A DNA stretch of 64,000 nt from IMG/VR virus record IMGVR_UViG_3300047548_000772, positions 32,001 to 96,000 of that record; one strand, written 5' to 3'. Under the pieces are notes generated by a model. That model did not search any database. It was not told the DNA's origin and worked only from the letters and a program-made list of their open reading frames with translations. Made by a program: the position numbers and the translations under genes. The stretch's first letter is position 1. Each line of letters opens with the position of its first letter. This document shows, piece after piece, positions 14,150 through 22,376 of the stretch. The stretch is from a virus.

Positions 14150-14445
14150 AATTGTTGTAATTCCTTCGTAGTGAAGGCGTCGTGGACGGCGGTTCGATTC
14201 CGCCCTGCTCCACCAAAAGCATGATCGACCATACACTAGTAATGGTGACATATAACAGATTGTGCTTCTGATGGGGCAGACCTGGTTTCGACAGGGCGAG
14301 ATAGCGAAAGAGGCAACACGAGAGTTGACTGACGTAATCAGCAAACAAAAAGTAAACGCAAACGATGAAGTTTACGCACTAGCTGCCTAAGATTAGGTAA
14401 GCAGGAGTTTTCTGCCGCTTTTCTTGACAACAGAATAAAGCGGCA
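14150..14445 (+). ncRNA. ssrA: Circularly permuted (two-piece) tmRNA
   Basis: T-arm plus ctgctcc-ACCA ends at 14215; 57-nt intervening segment; ggggcag at 14273 completes the acceptor stem with G3:U70; tag frame 14358-14390 encodes ANDEVYALAA. Outer boundaries approximate. Confidence 0.92.
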
Positions 14446-14448
14446 ATT

Positions 14449-15282
14449 TTATCCGTAGACTCGATCTAAAATTTCTTGTGTTATTCCGTATTTTAATAAC
14501 ATAGATTTGGTAACATCTAAGCATCGGGGATCTTCGAGTTTACGACTGTGCTTCCAAACAATACGGTCTTCCCATTGATCAAATTCTTTAACCTGTTGAA
14601 GTATCCCTTCGTAGGTCTGGTGTGTCCATCCACCAGCAAACATCAATGGTGTTTCTTCCGGTCCTAAAAACTCAACCGACTGCATAGGGTCTTTAAGGGC
14701 GAAAAGATAATAAGAATAAATTTCACATAACCCTGGATATATTTTCCAAGTAGAACAATCACCAAATTTTGTATTCAAGTGTGTCCACAAACGGCTAAGA
14801 AGAGCAACGTTCCACAACCAAGGTCTAATGTTTGAAATAGCAGGGTAATGATCAATAGGGCCGTCGACTATCTCGTCGAGATCATAGCCCATCTTAGATA
14901 TTTTTTGATCTAACAACACATAGGTATGTCGATATTTGTTACCTTTTTTAAACGCAGATATATCGCAAGGACGCAGTAAAAAATCCTTGCAATCCCACAC
15001 AAGTATATCGTCGGCACCCGAGTTAACACTATAATGCAAGGTATTAACCTGTTGTTCAGTAGGACCGCACCCATAAGCATGTAGTGTAGGTTTAATTTCA
15101 ATTTTCCACGACGAGTCAAACACCTCATCGGTAATTTTCTTGAACGCCGATTCGTCGTCGTTTTTACCTAAGCATACAATTAAATCTTTGTTACCTTGCC
15201 AATTTTTTGCCAAGCAATAACAAAACATATGAAACTGTTTAATATCATCTTTAAAAGTGGTTACTAACATTCGATAGTTCAT
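14449..15282 (-). CDS. Hypothetical protein, possibly GT-A glycosyltransferase-like
   Basis: Long ORF; DDILVWDCKDF resembles a DxD-region strand. Confidence 0.5.
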   Translation of the reverse strand: MNYRMLVTTFKDDIKQFHMFCYCLAKNWQGNKDLIVCLGKNDDESAFKKITDEVFDSSWKIEIKPTLHAYGCGPTEQQVNTLHYSVNSGADDILVWDCKDFLLRPCDISAFKKGNKYRHTYVLLDQKISKMGYDLDEIVDGPIDHYPAISNIRPWLWNVALLSRLWTHLNTKFGDCSTWKIYPGLCEIYSYYLFALKDPMQSVEFLGPEETPLMFAGGWTHQTYEGILQQVKEFDQWEDRIVWKHSRKLEDPRCLDVTKSMLLKYGITQEILDRVYG

Positions 15283-15299
15283 AACTACTACTTATAAGG

Positions 15300-15328
15300 T
15301 TGACAAAAAACTAAAAATAAACTATAAT
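15300..15328 (+). promoter_or_regulatory. Sigma70-type promoter
   Basis: TTGACA-17 nt-TATAAT immediately upstream of tRNA-fMet. Confidence 0.85.
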
Positions 15329-15340
15329 TACATTTTTAAT

Positions 15341-15416
15341 CGCGGGGTAGAGAAGTTGGTATCTCGTCAGGCTCATAACCTGAAGATCGGCGGTTCGAGT
15401 CCGTCCCCCGCAACCA
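15341..15416 (+). tRNA. tRNA-fMet(CAT), initiator type
   Basis: C1:A72 mismatch; tcagg-ctCATaa-cctga; CCA. Confidence 0.9.
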
Positions 15417-15421
15417 AACAC

Positions 15422-15495
15422 GCGGAGTTGGCATATTGGTTGTGTCCCAGCCTTCCAAGCTGGTCAAAGGAGTTCGATTCTCCTACTCCGCTCCA
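15422..15495 (+). tRNA. tRNA-Gly(TCC)
   Basis: ccagc-ctTCCaa-gctgg; CCA. Confidence 0.95.
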
Positions 15496-15561
15496 TTAAC
15501 CCTCCTGTAGTTTTCTAATGTTGAACCCACAACCATAAATAATTGTATATGGGGGTTCGAT

Positions 15562-16074
15562 ATGGGTAGAAAACATCAAACAAAGACATGTCCAAAATGT
15601 AAAAATAGTCATAACAAGTCTGGGGTATATTGCTCTAGGACATGTGCGAATAGTAGAATTTTTACAGAAGAATCGAGAAAAAAGAAAAGCAACGCCAATA
15701 AAACTTTTTGGAGTTCACTTAGCAACGACGAAAAGGAACACAAAAAACAACTTCTTAAAGAGATTTCTCCCAATTCTGTTAAAAATTATTTAGAATCGTT
15801 ATTGACCCAAGATTGGGATGTATTAGGAATTGCAGCAAAACGGTTGAGAGTTATCATAGAACAAAAAGGAAAATGTAACAAGTGCGGAATTTCTCACTGG
15901 AACGAGGAACGAATTACATTAGAATACGAACACATTGATGGCAACAACGGAAATAATTTAAGAGAGAATGTCGAAGTGCTTTGTCCAAATTGTCACAGCC
16001 AAACTAAAACTTGGCGCGGCAGAAAAAACAAGTCTCGACAAAAGAGGGTCGAAAACTTATTAGAGACACTCTAA
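15562..16074 (+). CDS. HNH homing endonuclease
   Basis: CPKC...YCSRTCANSR N-terminus; CNKC...LEYEHIDGNNGNNLRENVEVLCPNCHSQT. Confidence 0.92.
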   Translation: MGRKHQTKTCPKCKNSHNKSGVYCSRTCANSRIFTEESRKKKSNANKTFWSSLSNDEKEHKKQLLKEISPNSVKNYLESLLTQDWDVLGIAAKRLRVIIEQKGKCNKCGISHWNEERITLEYEHIDGNNGNNLRENVEVLCPNCHSQTKTWRGRKNKSRQKRVENLLETL

Positions 16075-16083
16075 CATATTTGC

Positions 16084-16178
16084 GGTAGATGGCGCTGGTG
16101 CGCGGCTGAGACTTATAAACTCGGGAGACTGGCTAGATGGGCTGGAACGGGAGGGATCGTAACCCTCGTCTACTACCA
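16084..16178 (+). tRNA. Atypical tRNA-Ile(TAT) with a 27-nt extra region
   Basis: ggtagat/gtctact acceptor, ctTATaa loop, T-arm gaggg-atcgtaa-ccctc, A73, CCA; 95 nt. Confidence 0.7.
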
Positions 16179-16179
16179 T

Positions 16180-16208
16180 TTGACCAATAAATCACTATTT
16201 GTTATAAT
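16180..16208 (+). promoter_or_regulatory. Sigma70-type promoter
   Basis: TTGACC-17 nt-TATAAT. Confidence 0.8.
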
Positions 16209-16230
16209 AGTACTTTACTAGGAGATTAGT

Positions 16231-16713
16231 ATGTGGATCCAAAACGTACCGTTAGCAGATATTCCAAAAGGCCATCACATCGATGTTGGCGCTAACGCCA
16301 TGCTGATCCAGATAGTTGATCCTGCAACAGAGTTTCCTGTGCCCAAGCACGAGTTTAAGGAAATTCATCAGTTTGAATTTCTAGATCTGGAAAACGAAGA
16401 CGACATGCCAGATGCAGTTGAGTTTATGGTCACTGACAAGCAAGCTGCGCAACTTGTGGCTCTGCTACAACGTGCTTTGGATAAACACATGAACGTCATT
16501 GTTCATTGCCACGCTGGCATTTGCCGTAGTGGTGCAGTAGCAGAAGTTGGTGTTATGATGGGGTTTGAAGATGCCAAGGCATTTCGTGCGCCTAACTTGC
16601 GTGTCAAACACAAGATGATGCAAGTCTTAGGGTGGACTTATGACGCCGATGAAAAACCACAAGACAACTGGATGGCCTATTATGACTATCTAGAATCCAA
16701 GGGCGATATTTAA
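16231..16713 (+). CDS. Protein-tyrosine/dual-specificity phosphatase-like protein
   Basis: VHCHAGICRSGA (CX5R P-loop). Confidence 0.85.
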   Translation: MWIQNVPLADIPKGHHIDVGANAMLIQIVDPATEFPVPKHEFKEIHQFEFLDLENEDDMPDAVEFMVTDKQAAQLVALLQRALDKHMNVIVHCHAGICRSGAVAEVGVMMGFEDAKAFRAPNLRVKHKMMQVLGWTYDADEKPQDNWMAYYDYLESKGDI

Positions 16714-16950
16714 ATGATGTTCAACATCCGAGGTGACTATACTTCCGATGAGTTAGTTAACTGGTTAGAAAAACATATTGGTTATCGAACATTTGAGAAG
16801 CACTCATTAATACAAGGTCCCGGATGGTCAATATCACCAGCAAGTCTTCCAATGGAAGGGTTTGTTAGTGGTATCCGTATTCAGCACGAGTGGGTGGTCA
16901 GGATCGACGACGAAAAAACTGCTGTAATGTTTAAACTAAAATGGATGTAA
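16714..16950 (+). CDS. Small FxLxW-family hypothetical protein
   Basis: Ends DDEKTAVMFKLKWM. Confidence 0.7.
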   Translation: MMFNIRGDYTSDELVNWLEKHIGYRTFEKHSLIQGPGWSISPASLPMEGFVSGIRIQHEWVVRIDDEKTAVMFKLKWM

Positions 16951-16969
16951 TTTAAAAAGGAGAACCGCA

Positions 16970-17149
16970 ATGAGCGAACGTGACGAAGTAAACAACTACT
17001 TCGACGGCGTCATTGAGGGCATGGCAAGATTTGCATGGTGGGCAGAAGGCACACAGTATGTTGGAACTTGCGGAAAGACCTTAAAGGACGCGATTCTAGA
17101 AGTAGAAAACGAGCGTAGCAAAGTGCTGCGCGATATAGCATTTAATTAA
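16970..17149 (+). CDS. Hypothetical protein (59 aa)
   Basis: Own translation MSERDEVNNYFDG...GTQYVGTCGKTLKDA; AAGGAG RBS. Confidence 0.65.
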   Translation: MSERDEVNNYFDGVIEGMARFAWWAEGTQYVGTCGKTLKDAILEVENERSKVLRDIAFN

Positions 17150-17163
17150 GAAAGGAGGCGACT

Positions 17164-17766
17164 ATGCCAGCAACTTGGTTAGTAAGTGACACACATTTTG
17201 GTCATGCCGGCGTGTGTCGCTTTATGGGTCCAGATGGTTTTACTAAGTTAAGACCCTGGGATGATCCCGACGAAATGGACGAATTTATGATTAAGGCGTG
17301 GAACGAACGTGTTCGTCCACAAGACAAGGTTTACCACTTAGGTGATGTTGTTATTAATCGTAGATGTCTAAAGACACTAGACCGTCTAAACGGCGATAAG
17401 GTGTTAATTCGTGGCAATCACGATATCTTTAGAGACGACGAATACCGTCGTTACTTTAGAGAACTACGTGCATACCACGTACTGAATGGAATGATTCTAA
17501 GTCATATTCCCATTCACGCAGATAGCCTAGGACGTTTTGGTGTTAACATTCACGGACACTTACATGCTCACCGTGTAAAGCGGGCACGTGGTGTTGATGC
17601 TAAAACAGGTACAATCTTATACAGTGATGAGATTGACTCGCGTTACCACTGTGTTTGCGTAGAGCACACAGACTTCGCTCCAATACTTCTTGAAGATGTT
17701 TACAAGCGTATCGAAGCAGAGGGCGGCAAGATGGGTTTCCGCAACGGTAACGGTCCTGCTATGTAA
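17164..17766 (+). CDS. Calcineurin-like metallophosphoesterase
   Basis: SDTHFGH, HLGD, GNHD, SH, HGHLH motifs. Confidence 0.92.
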   Translation: MPATWLVSDTHFGHAGVCRFMGPDGFTKLRPWDDPDEMDEFMIKAWNERVRPQDKVYHLGDVVINRRCLKTLDRLNGDKVLIRGNHDIFRDDEYRRYFRELRAYHVLNGMILSHIPIHADSLGRFGVNIHGHLHAHRVKRARGVDAKTGTILYSDEIDSRYHCVCVEHTDFAPILLEDVYKRIEAEGGKMGFRNGNGPAM

Positions 17767-17774
17767 TATAGGTG

Positions 17775-17955
17775 ACCTACAGCCTAGACCGCTAAACCAT
17801 GTAGTTTAAGTAATTAGATAATTTATCGGTTTATGTCAACATGTCGGGGTGATTGGCAATATTATACTGTATTGTGGAGCCGTTGGAACCAAAGGTCAAC
17901 GCCAGATCCGGTAACTGGCACAATTTTTTAGCACAGGCAATAGTCAGTGCTATAT
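17775..17955 (+). ncRNA. Candidate structured RNA
   Basis: Three-way junction attgtg/cacaat with cgttg/caacg and ccag/ctgg arms; tagcac/gtgcta hairpin. Confidence 0.4.
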
Positions 17956-17963
17956 AGATGTAC

Positions 17964-18039
17964 GCTGCTTTAGCTCAGTTGGTAGAGCAACTGATTTGTA
18001 ATCAGTAGGTCGTCAGTTCGAATCCGACAAGCAGCACCA
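17964..18039 (+). tRNA. tRNA-Thr(TGT), copy 2 (A73)
   Basis: Differs from copy 1 at 3 of 76 positions. Confidence 0.93.
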
Positions 18040-18226
18040 AATTCAAGAGGAAATATGGCTAGCCTTAAAGACTTAGTAAAAAAAGCACTAGACAAAAAGC
18101 AAGGAGTTAAGACCGACGACGGTCACGATGCAGTAGCACATGCCCAACAAACAGTTGGTTCAAATGCTCGTAGTGTTAAGGGAGGGGCAAAGCCTACTAC
18201 ACGAACCACTGGTCGTGGACGATAAT

Positions 18227-18805
18227 ATGATTTACTTCCGATACGCATTAATGGCAGTATTTTCATTGATTATTACTGCGATTGCATTTATTATTGCTCC
18301 TATGCTTCCTTTTTTTGCCGGTGTGCAAGATGGTCCTTTAAACAATGCAACAGCATACGGTGCCGGGCGAAGGCTGCCTAGTTGGTTAAACTGGTTTATG
18401 ACTCCAGACAATAGTCTCGAAGGCGATGGCGGATGGCAAACCGAACACTGGCAATGGCGTTTTAAATTTCCGTTACTGGTGGCTACCTATGTTGGTGAAG
18501 TTGGTTGGCTGTGGCGCAATCCAGCATATTCGTTTGGAATGGAGTACATTGATGGCAATGTTGAACCAACATACAGCGGCGACCCGGGTATCAAGGACAA
18601 TGCCAATGCCAAAGAAGGATATCTGCTAGTACACGAAGATCGCTTGTTTCAGTTTGTATATGTTAAACGTATATTCAACTCTCAAAAATGTTTATATGTT
18701 AACCTCGGATGGAACATACGTGCACTAATCGATGCAGGCAATCGACGAACCCCATACCGAGCAACATTTGTTTTTTCACCCAGAATTTCTGGTTTTAACA
18801 ACTAA
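18227..18805 (+). CDS. Hypothetical protein with N-terminal hydrophobic segment
   Basis: MIYFRYALMAVFSLI...TPDNSLEGDGGW; start reassigned to 18227. Confidence 0.65.
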   Translation: MIYFRYALMAVFSLIITAIAFIIAPMLPFFAGVQDGPLNNATAYGAGRRLPSWLNWFMTPDNSLEGDGGWQTEHWQWRFKFPLLVATYVGEVGWLWRNPAYSFGMEYIDGNVEPTYSGDPGIKDNANAKEGYLLVHEDRLFQFVYVKRIFNSQKCLYVNLGWNIRALIDAGNRRTPYRATFVFSPRISGFNN

Positions 18806-18814
18806 GGACACACA

Positions 18815-19009
18815 ATGATAAGAGTAACTCGTAAAAAGACAGGACACTTGATTGAGATTACCCGCGACGACGGCACTAAAGATGTTAGTTGGGACTGGGA
18901 TCAATTGTTAGCAGATGTTCGAGCTGCCACCGACGGAAAGGTTGCTGTAGTAACTGAAAAAGCAGAAAAGAAACCTGCTGCTAAAAAGGCACCTGCTAAG
19001 AAAAAGTAA
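18815..19009 (+). CDS. Hypothetical protein with Lys/Ala tail
   Basis: AAGGA RBS; KKPAAKKAPAKKK C-terminus. Confidence 0.7.
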   Translation: MIRVTRKKTGHLIEITRDDGTKDVSWDWDQLLADVRAATDGKVAVVTEKAEKKPAAKKAPAKKK

Positions 19010-19015
19010 CACAAC

Positions 19016-19106
19016 GGATAGTTGGCCGAGTGGTCGAAGGCACTCCCCTGCTAAGGGAGCATACCCCAAAAGGGTATCATTGGTTCGAATCCAATACTGT
19101 CCGCCA
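19016..19106 (+). tRNA. tRNA-Ser(GCT)
   Basis: 91 nt, long variable arm; ctccc-ctGCTaa-gggag; CCA. Confidence 0.95.
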
Positions 19107-19124
19107 AACATTTTAAGGAACATT

Positions 19125-19295
19125 ATGAAAACCCCAGCATCATTTAAACTATCAAAATCAACCAAACGTTTTTTAGCCTGCATCGACAATAAAGCAAGCC
19201 GCGCCGAAGTTCGTAAATTATTCATTGACGCAGAATACACCAAAGCAATCATGGCCAATCGTCGTGTTCGTGAAAAAACAGTTAATAACGATTAA
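19125..19295 (+). CDS. Small basic hypothetical protein
   Basis: MKTPASFKLSKSTKRFL; AAGGAA RBS. Confidence 0.65.
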   Translation: MKTPASFKLSKSTKRFLACIDNKASRAEVRKLFIDAEYTKAIMANRRVREKTVNND

Positions 19296-19469
19296 TTAAT
19301 AAATATCAATGCAACGCCAGCAAGTGCTGACGTCGGATTAACAGTGACGCCTAGGGTGTTTGCCCTTTTACTGACACGTTATGCTCAGAACGCCGCTCCG
19401 TATGTAGACAATCTACTAGCTCTTAAAGTAAAATTGCAGTAACAACGATTAAATCTTTAGGAGAAAAAA

Positions 19470-19919
19470 TTGAAACTAATCGAAAAACATCCACGTACCT
19501 TGGTCAAGGTAGTTTCGTGGCGAGTATTATTGACCATTAGCCATTTTATCAATGGATTAATTGTAACAGGTAGCATTGCTATCGGTTTACAAATTGCCGG
19601 TTGGAGCGCATTAATTAACAGCGTTCTTTACTGGCTTCACGAACGTGCCTGGAACTGGCTACAATGGAATAAAAAACCCAAAGACGGATGGCTATTCCTA
19701 GACGGGCATCCAAGAACTACAACAAAAATGCTTACATGGCGAGCAATTGTAAATGGCAGCAACTTCCTCATTCCTTATTTCATGACAGGTTCATGGGGCC
19801 AAGCAACTGCATTCTTTACTATCGCAGTCTTTGTTAACATGTCACTATTTTATATCCACGAACGCTTGTGGAATCGCGTTAAATGGGGCAAGCAAGTTAA
19901 GGATGCGGTGCCTGCATAA
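19470..19919 (+). CDS. Tandem DUF2061-like membrane protein
   Basis: Two repeats HPRTxxKxxxWR...YxxHERxWN; TTG start with AGGAG RBS. Confidence 0.8.
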   Translation: MKLIEKHPRTLVKVVSWRVLLTISHFINGLIVTGSIAIGLQIAGWSALINSVLYWLHERAWNWLQWNKKPKDGWLFLDGHPRTTTKMLTWRAIVNGSNFLIPYFMTGSWGQATAFFTIAVFVNMSLFYIHERLWNRVKWGKQVKDAVPA

Positions 19920-21055
19920 TGACACAATACATGTACCACAACAAGGGTGTCTATACCTGCAACGGTAAGCCATTCTTTAACAAACTCGAAGCGATCTTCG
20001 AAGCTAATCAAAGTGGAAAACATGTCGAATGGGATTACCACGATGCTGTGTTTAAGCAGCATCGTTGGGACCTCGAACCTTTAGTTGGGTTGGACGAACT
20101 GTACAAACAACGTGCATTACAACTACGCGAAGCCTATGATCACCTTGTGTTATTCTTTAGTGGCGGTGTTGATAGTTGGAATATCCTACATGCTTTTGTT
20201 AAAAACAACATTCGACTCGACGAAATTTATATGTTCGGCGCTTTTGAAGCTGAAGAAAACGCAGATCAAACCCTAGGACTCGATAGAGACCCAGGTTACT
20301 ATACTCGAGAACTCAAACAAGCACTACCTGTAGTTAAAAAACTTGTTCAAGACAAAAATGTCAAGGTTAATGTGTTTGACTGGACAAGACATATTATTAG
20401 TGCAGCAGATGACCGCGATTGGTTTTATACTGCTGGTGTTCGATTCGATCCTACTTGCATGGTTAGATCAAAGTTTCACAAGATTTTCAGAGAACACAAT
20501 GACTTATTACACAAAGGCAAGAAAGTAGGATTTGTTTACGGGGTAGATAAACCTAGACTGCTTCGCGACGACGATAACATTTACTTTGCATTCTTAGATG
20601 TTATTATGACCACAGGTACATTACCTAGCAACGACATATTAGGCGAGTACTGGGAAAACGACGAATACTTCTATTGGACTCCTAATATGCCCGAATTAGC
20701 AATTAAACAAAGTCATGTTGTGGTTAATTGGTTACGATCTAATAACAAACTTGATCTAATCAAACACATGTCTAATTTAAGTTCGTTCCACGATGAATTG
20801 TATTACAAAGAAGTAAACTTTAGTGTATATCCGGAGTGGGATCACACAACATGGCAAGTTAAAAAGCCAACTGGTGCAATTTACAACGAGTTAAGCAAAT
20901 GGTTTTTTGAAGGGCAGTTAGAAGCACGTATGAAGTGGGAATCTAGTCTCTGGGAACTAGAACGATTGTGTGGTAAGCAATGGTTCAATGAGAATACGGT
21001 TACCAAAGGTTTACGAGGACATTTGAGCCCGCTATATAAAGTAGCTTCGTACTAA
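19919..21055 (+). CDS. PP-loop (N-type ATP pyrophosphatase-like) protein
   Basis: LFFSGGVDSWN (SGGxDS) motif. Confidence 0.7.
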   Translation: MTQYMYHNKGVYTCNGKPFFNKLEAIFEANQSGKHVEWDYHDAVFKQHRWDLEPLVGLDELYKQRALQLREAYDHLVLFFSGGVDSWNILHAFVKNNIRLDEIYMFGAFEAEENADQTLGLDRDPGYYTRELKQALPVVKKLVQDKNVKVNVFDWTRHIISAADDRDWFYTAGVRFDPTCMVRSKFHKIFREHNDLLHKGKKVGFVYGVDKPRLLRDDDNIYFAFLDVIMTTGTLPSNDILGEYWENDEYFYWTPNMPELAIKQSHVVVNWLRSNNKLDLIKHMSNLSSFHDELYYKEVNFSVYPEWDHTTWQVKKPTGAIYNELSKWFFEGQLEARMKWESSLWELERLCGKQWFNENTVTKGLRGHLSPLYKVASY

Positions 21056-21067
21056 CAAGGAAACAAT

Positions 21068-21832
21068 ATGCCAACAATTACCAAATCTGGAACTTATAGA
21101 TTAGAAGTTCACGACAACGAAATCGACACAGAGTTGCAAAAAGATGTGCTAAACTTTTTATTAGACAGCGAGTATTGTGTAAACTTCTACGATCAACCTT
21201 ATAGTTTATATAAGCCTAGGTTAGATACGTATATCACTCCTCGAGATTTTCCAGCACAGCCAAAATTACCAATAGCATGGGATGAGGAAAGTCTTGCAGA
21301 ACGTTCACCAGTTGTTTACAAACTATGGTCGGCTATTAACAATCAATTAGGTAATACTTTGGCAATCGACGGTGTTCCAGAAAGCATGAACTATATGCTT
21401 GGAATTAGTCCAGTCCAAGGAATTACTAAAAGCGATGGGTCTCCTGGTCGACCAAATAGTGGGTGGCGTGTATATGGTAACGGCAACGAACGAGAACCCG
21501 GTGCCCGCACTAAAGCAATTCATCGCGACAATCCGTTTATTGATGACGACACTTGTGTCAATATTGTTTATTTTGCTAACGATGAATGGCATCCTAGTTG
21601 GTATGGTGAAACCCTATTTCACGGTAACAACAATACCACCGGTGACGTAACTGGCAGGTTTCACCCCGATCAACCACGTAGTCAACCAATTGGTGATATT
21701 GAAAATGTTGTAGAAGTTCGCCCTGGGCGTTTTATGGTATTTGATGCAAGATACTTGCATCAATACAAACCAGTTTACGAACATTTAAATGTTCCTTTGT
21801 TAGGAATAGTTTTTAGATGTAGGCTAAAATAA
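21068..21832 (+). CDS. 2OG-Fe(II) oxygenase (prolyl-hydroxylase-like)
   Basis: IHRD...W.GET.F...PGRFMVFDARYLH...R. Confidence 0.75.
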   Translation: MPTITKSGTYRLEVHDNEIDTELQKDVLNFLLDSEYCVNFYDQPYSLYKPRLDTYITPRDFPAQPKLPIAWDEESLAERSPVVYKLWSAINNQLGNTLAIDGVPESMNYMLGISPVQGITKSDGSPGRPNSGWRVYGNGNEREPGARTKAIHRDNPFIDDDTCVNIVYFANDEWHPSWYGETLFHGNNNTTGDVTGRFHPDQPRSQPIGDIENVVEVRPGRFMVFDARYLHQYKPVYEHLNVPLLGIVFRCRLK

Positions 21833-21842
21833 CTACGCAAAG

Positions 21843-21865
21843 CCCGCTATATGCGGGATTTTTTT
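21843..21865 (+). terminator. Rho-independent terminator
   Basis: cccgc-tatat-gcggg followed by a T run. Confidence 0.75.
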
Positions 21866-21869
21866 ATGG

Positions 21870-21898
21870 TTGACCGGAAATTACCATTTTGCTATAAT
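21870..21898 (+). promoter_or_regulatory. Sigma70-type (early) promoter
   Basis: TTGACC-17 nt-TATAAT. Confidence 0.85.
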
Positions 21899-21928
21899 AT
21901 GGGTATAGTAAGTAAACAGGAGCAGCAA

Positions 21929-22315
21929 ATGGCATACGTTAGTCAAGAACTTAAAGCAAAGTTAGCCCCTAAAATCAAAGCAATTTGTAAGAAGTATGGC
22001 GTCAAGGCTAGCCTTGCAGTTCGTAACCACAGCGTTCTGTGCCTGAACATCAAGTCAGGCAAGATCGACTTTCTAGACAACTTTGCTCGCAACTTTAAAG
22101 AAGCCAATCCTCAGCGCACCTACCTTGACGTTAACCCTTACTGGTACCAGGACCACTTTGATGGTGTTGCACGTGACTTCTTGAGCGAAGTTATTCCTGC
22201 TATGAATGCAGGCAACCATGACCGCAGCGACATCCAAGCTGACTACGTTGACGTAGGCTGGTATATTGACGTCAATGTTGGACATTGGAACAAGCCTTAC
22301 ACGGTTGACCAGTAA
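21929..22315 (+). CDS. Conserved phage hypothetical protein
   Basis: MAYVSQELKAKLAPKIKAICKKYGVK...DYVDVGWYIDVNVG; AGGAG RBS. Confidence 0.75.
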   Translation: MAYVSQELKAKLAPKIKAICKKYGVKASLAVRNHSVLCLNIKSGKIDFLDNFARNFKEANPQRTYLDVNPYWYQDHFDGVARDFLSEVIPAMNAGNHDRSDIQADYVDVGWYIDVNVGHWNKPYTVDQ

Positions 22316-22333
22316 TTCATTAATTCGTATAAT
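22305..22333 (+). promoter_or_regulatory. Sigma70-type (early) promoter
   Basis: TTGACC-17 nt-TATAAT, overlapping the last codons of the upstream gene. Confidence 0.85.
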
Positions 22334-22376
22334 ACAGTTTTAGTAGTAAACTTTAATCACATCTAAAGGAAGCCCT

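Noticed and set aside
2569-14348. ORF-track entries overlapping tRNAs or tmRNA (e.g. 2569-2952, 3939-4169, 9425-9610, 9628-9909, 12429-12701, 12508-12804, 13955-14344, 14076-14348)
   Set aside because: They are shadows of RNA genes with no RBS or protein-like composition.
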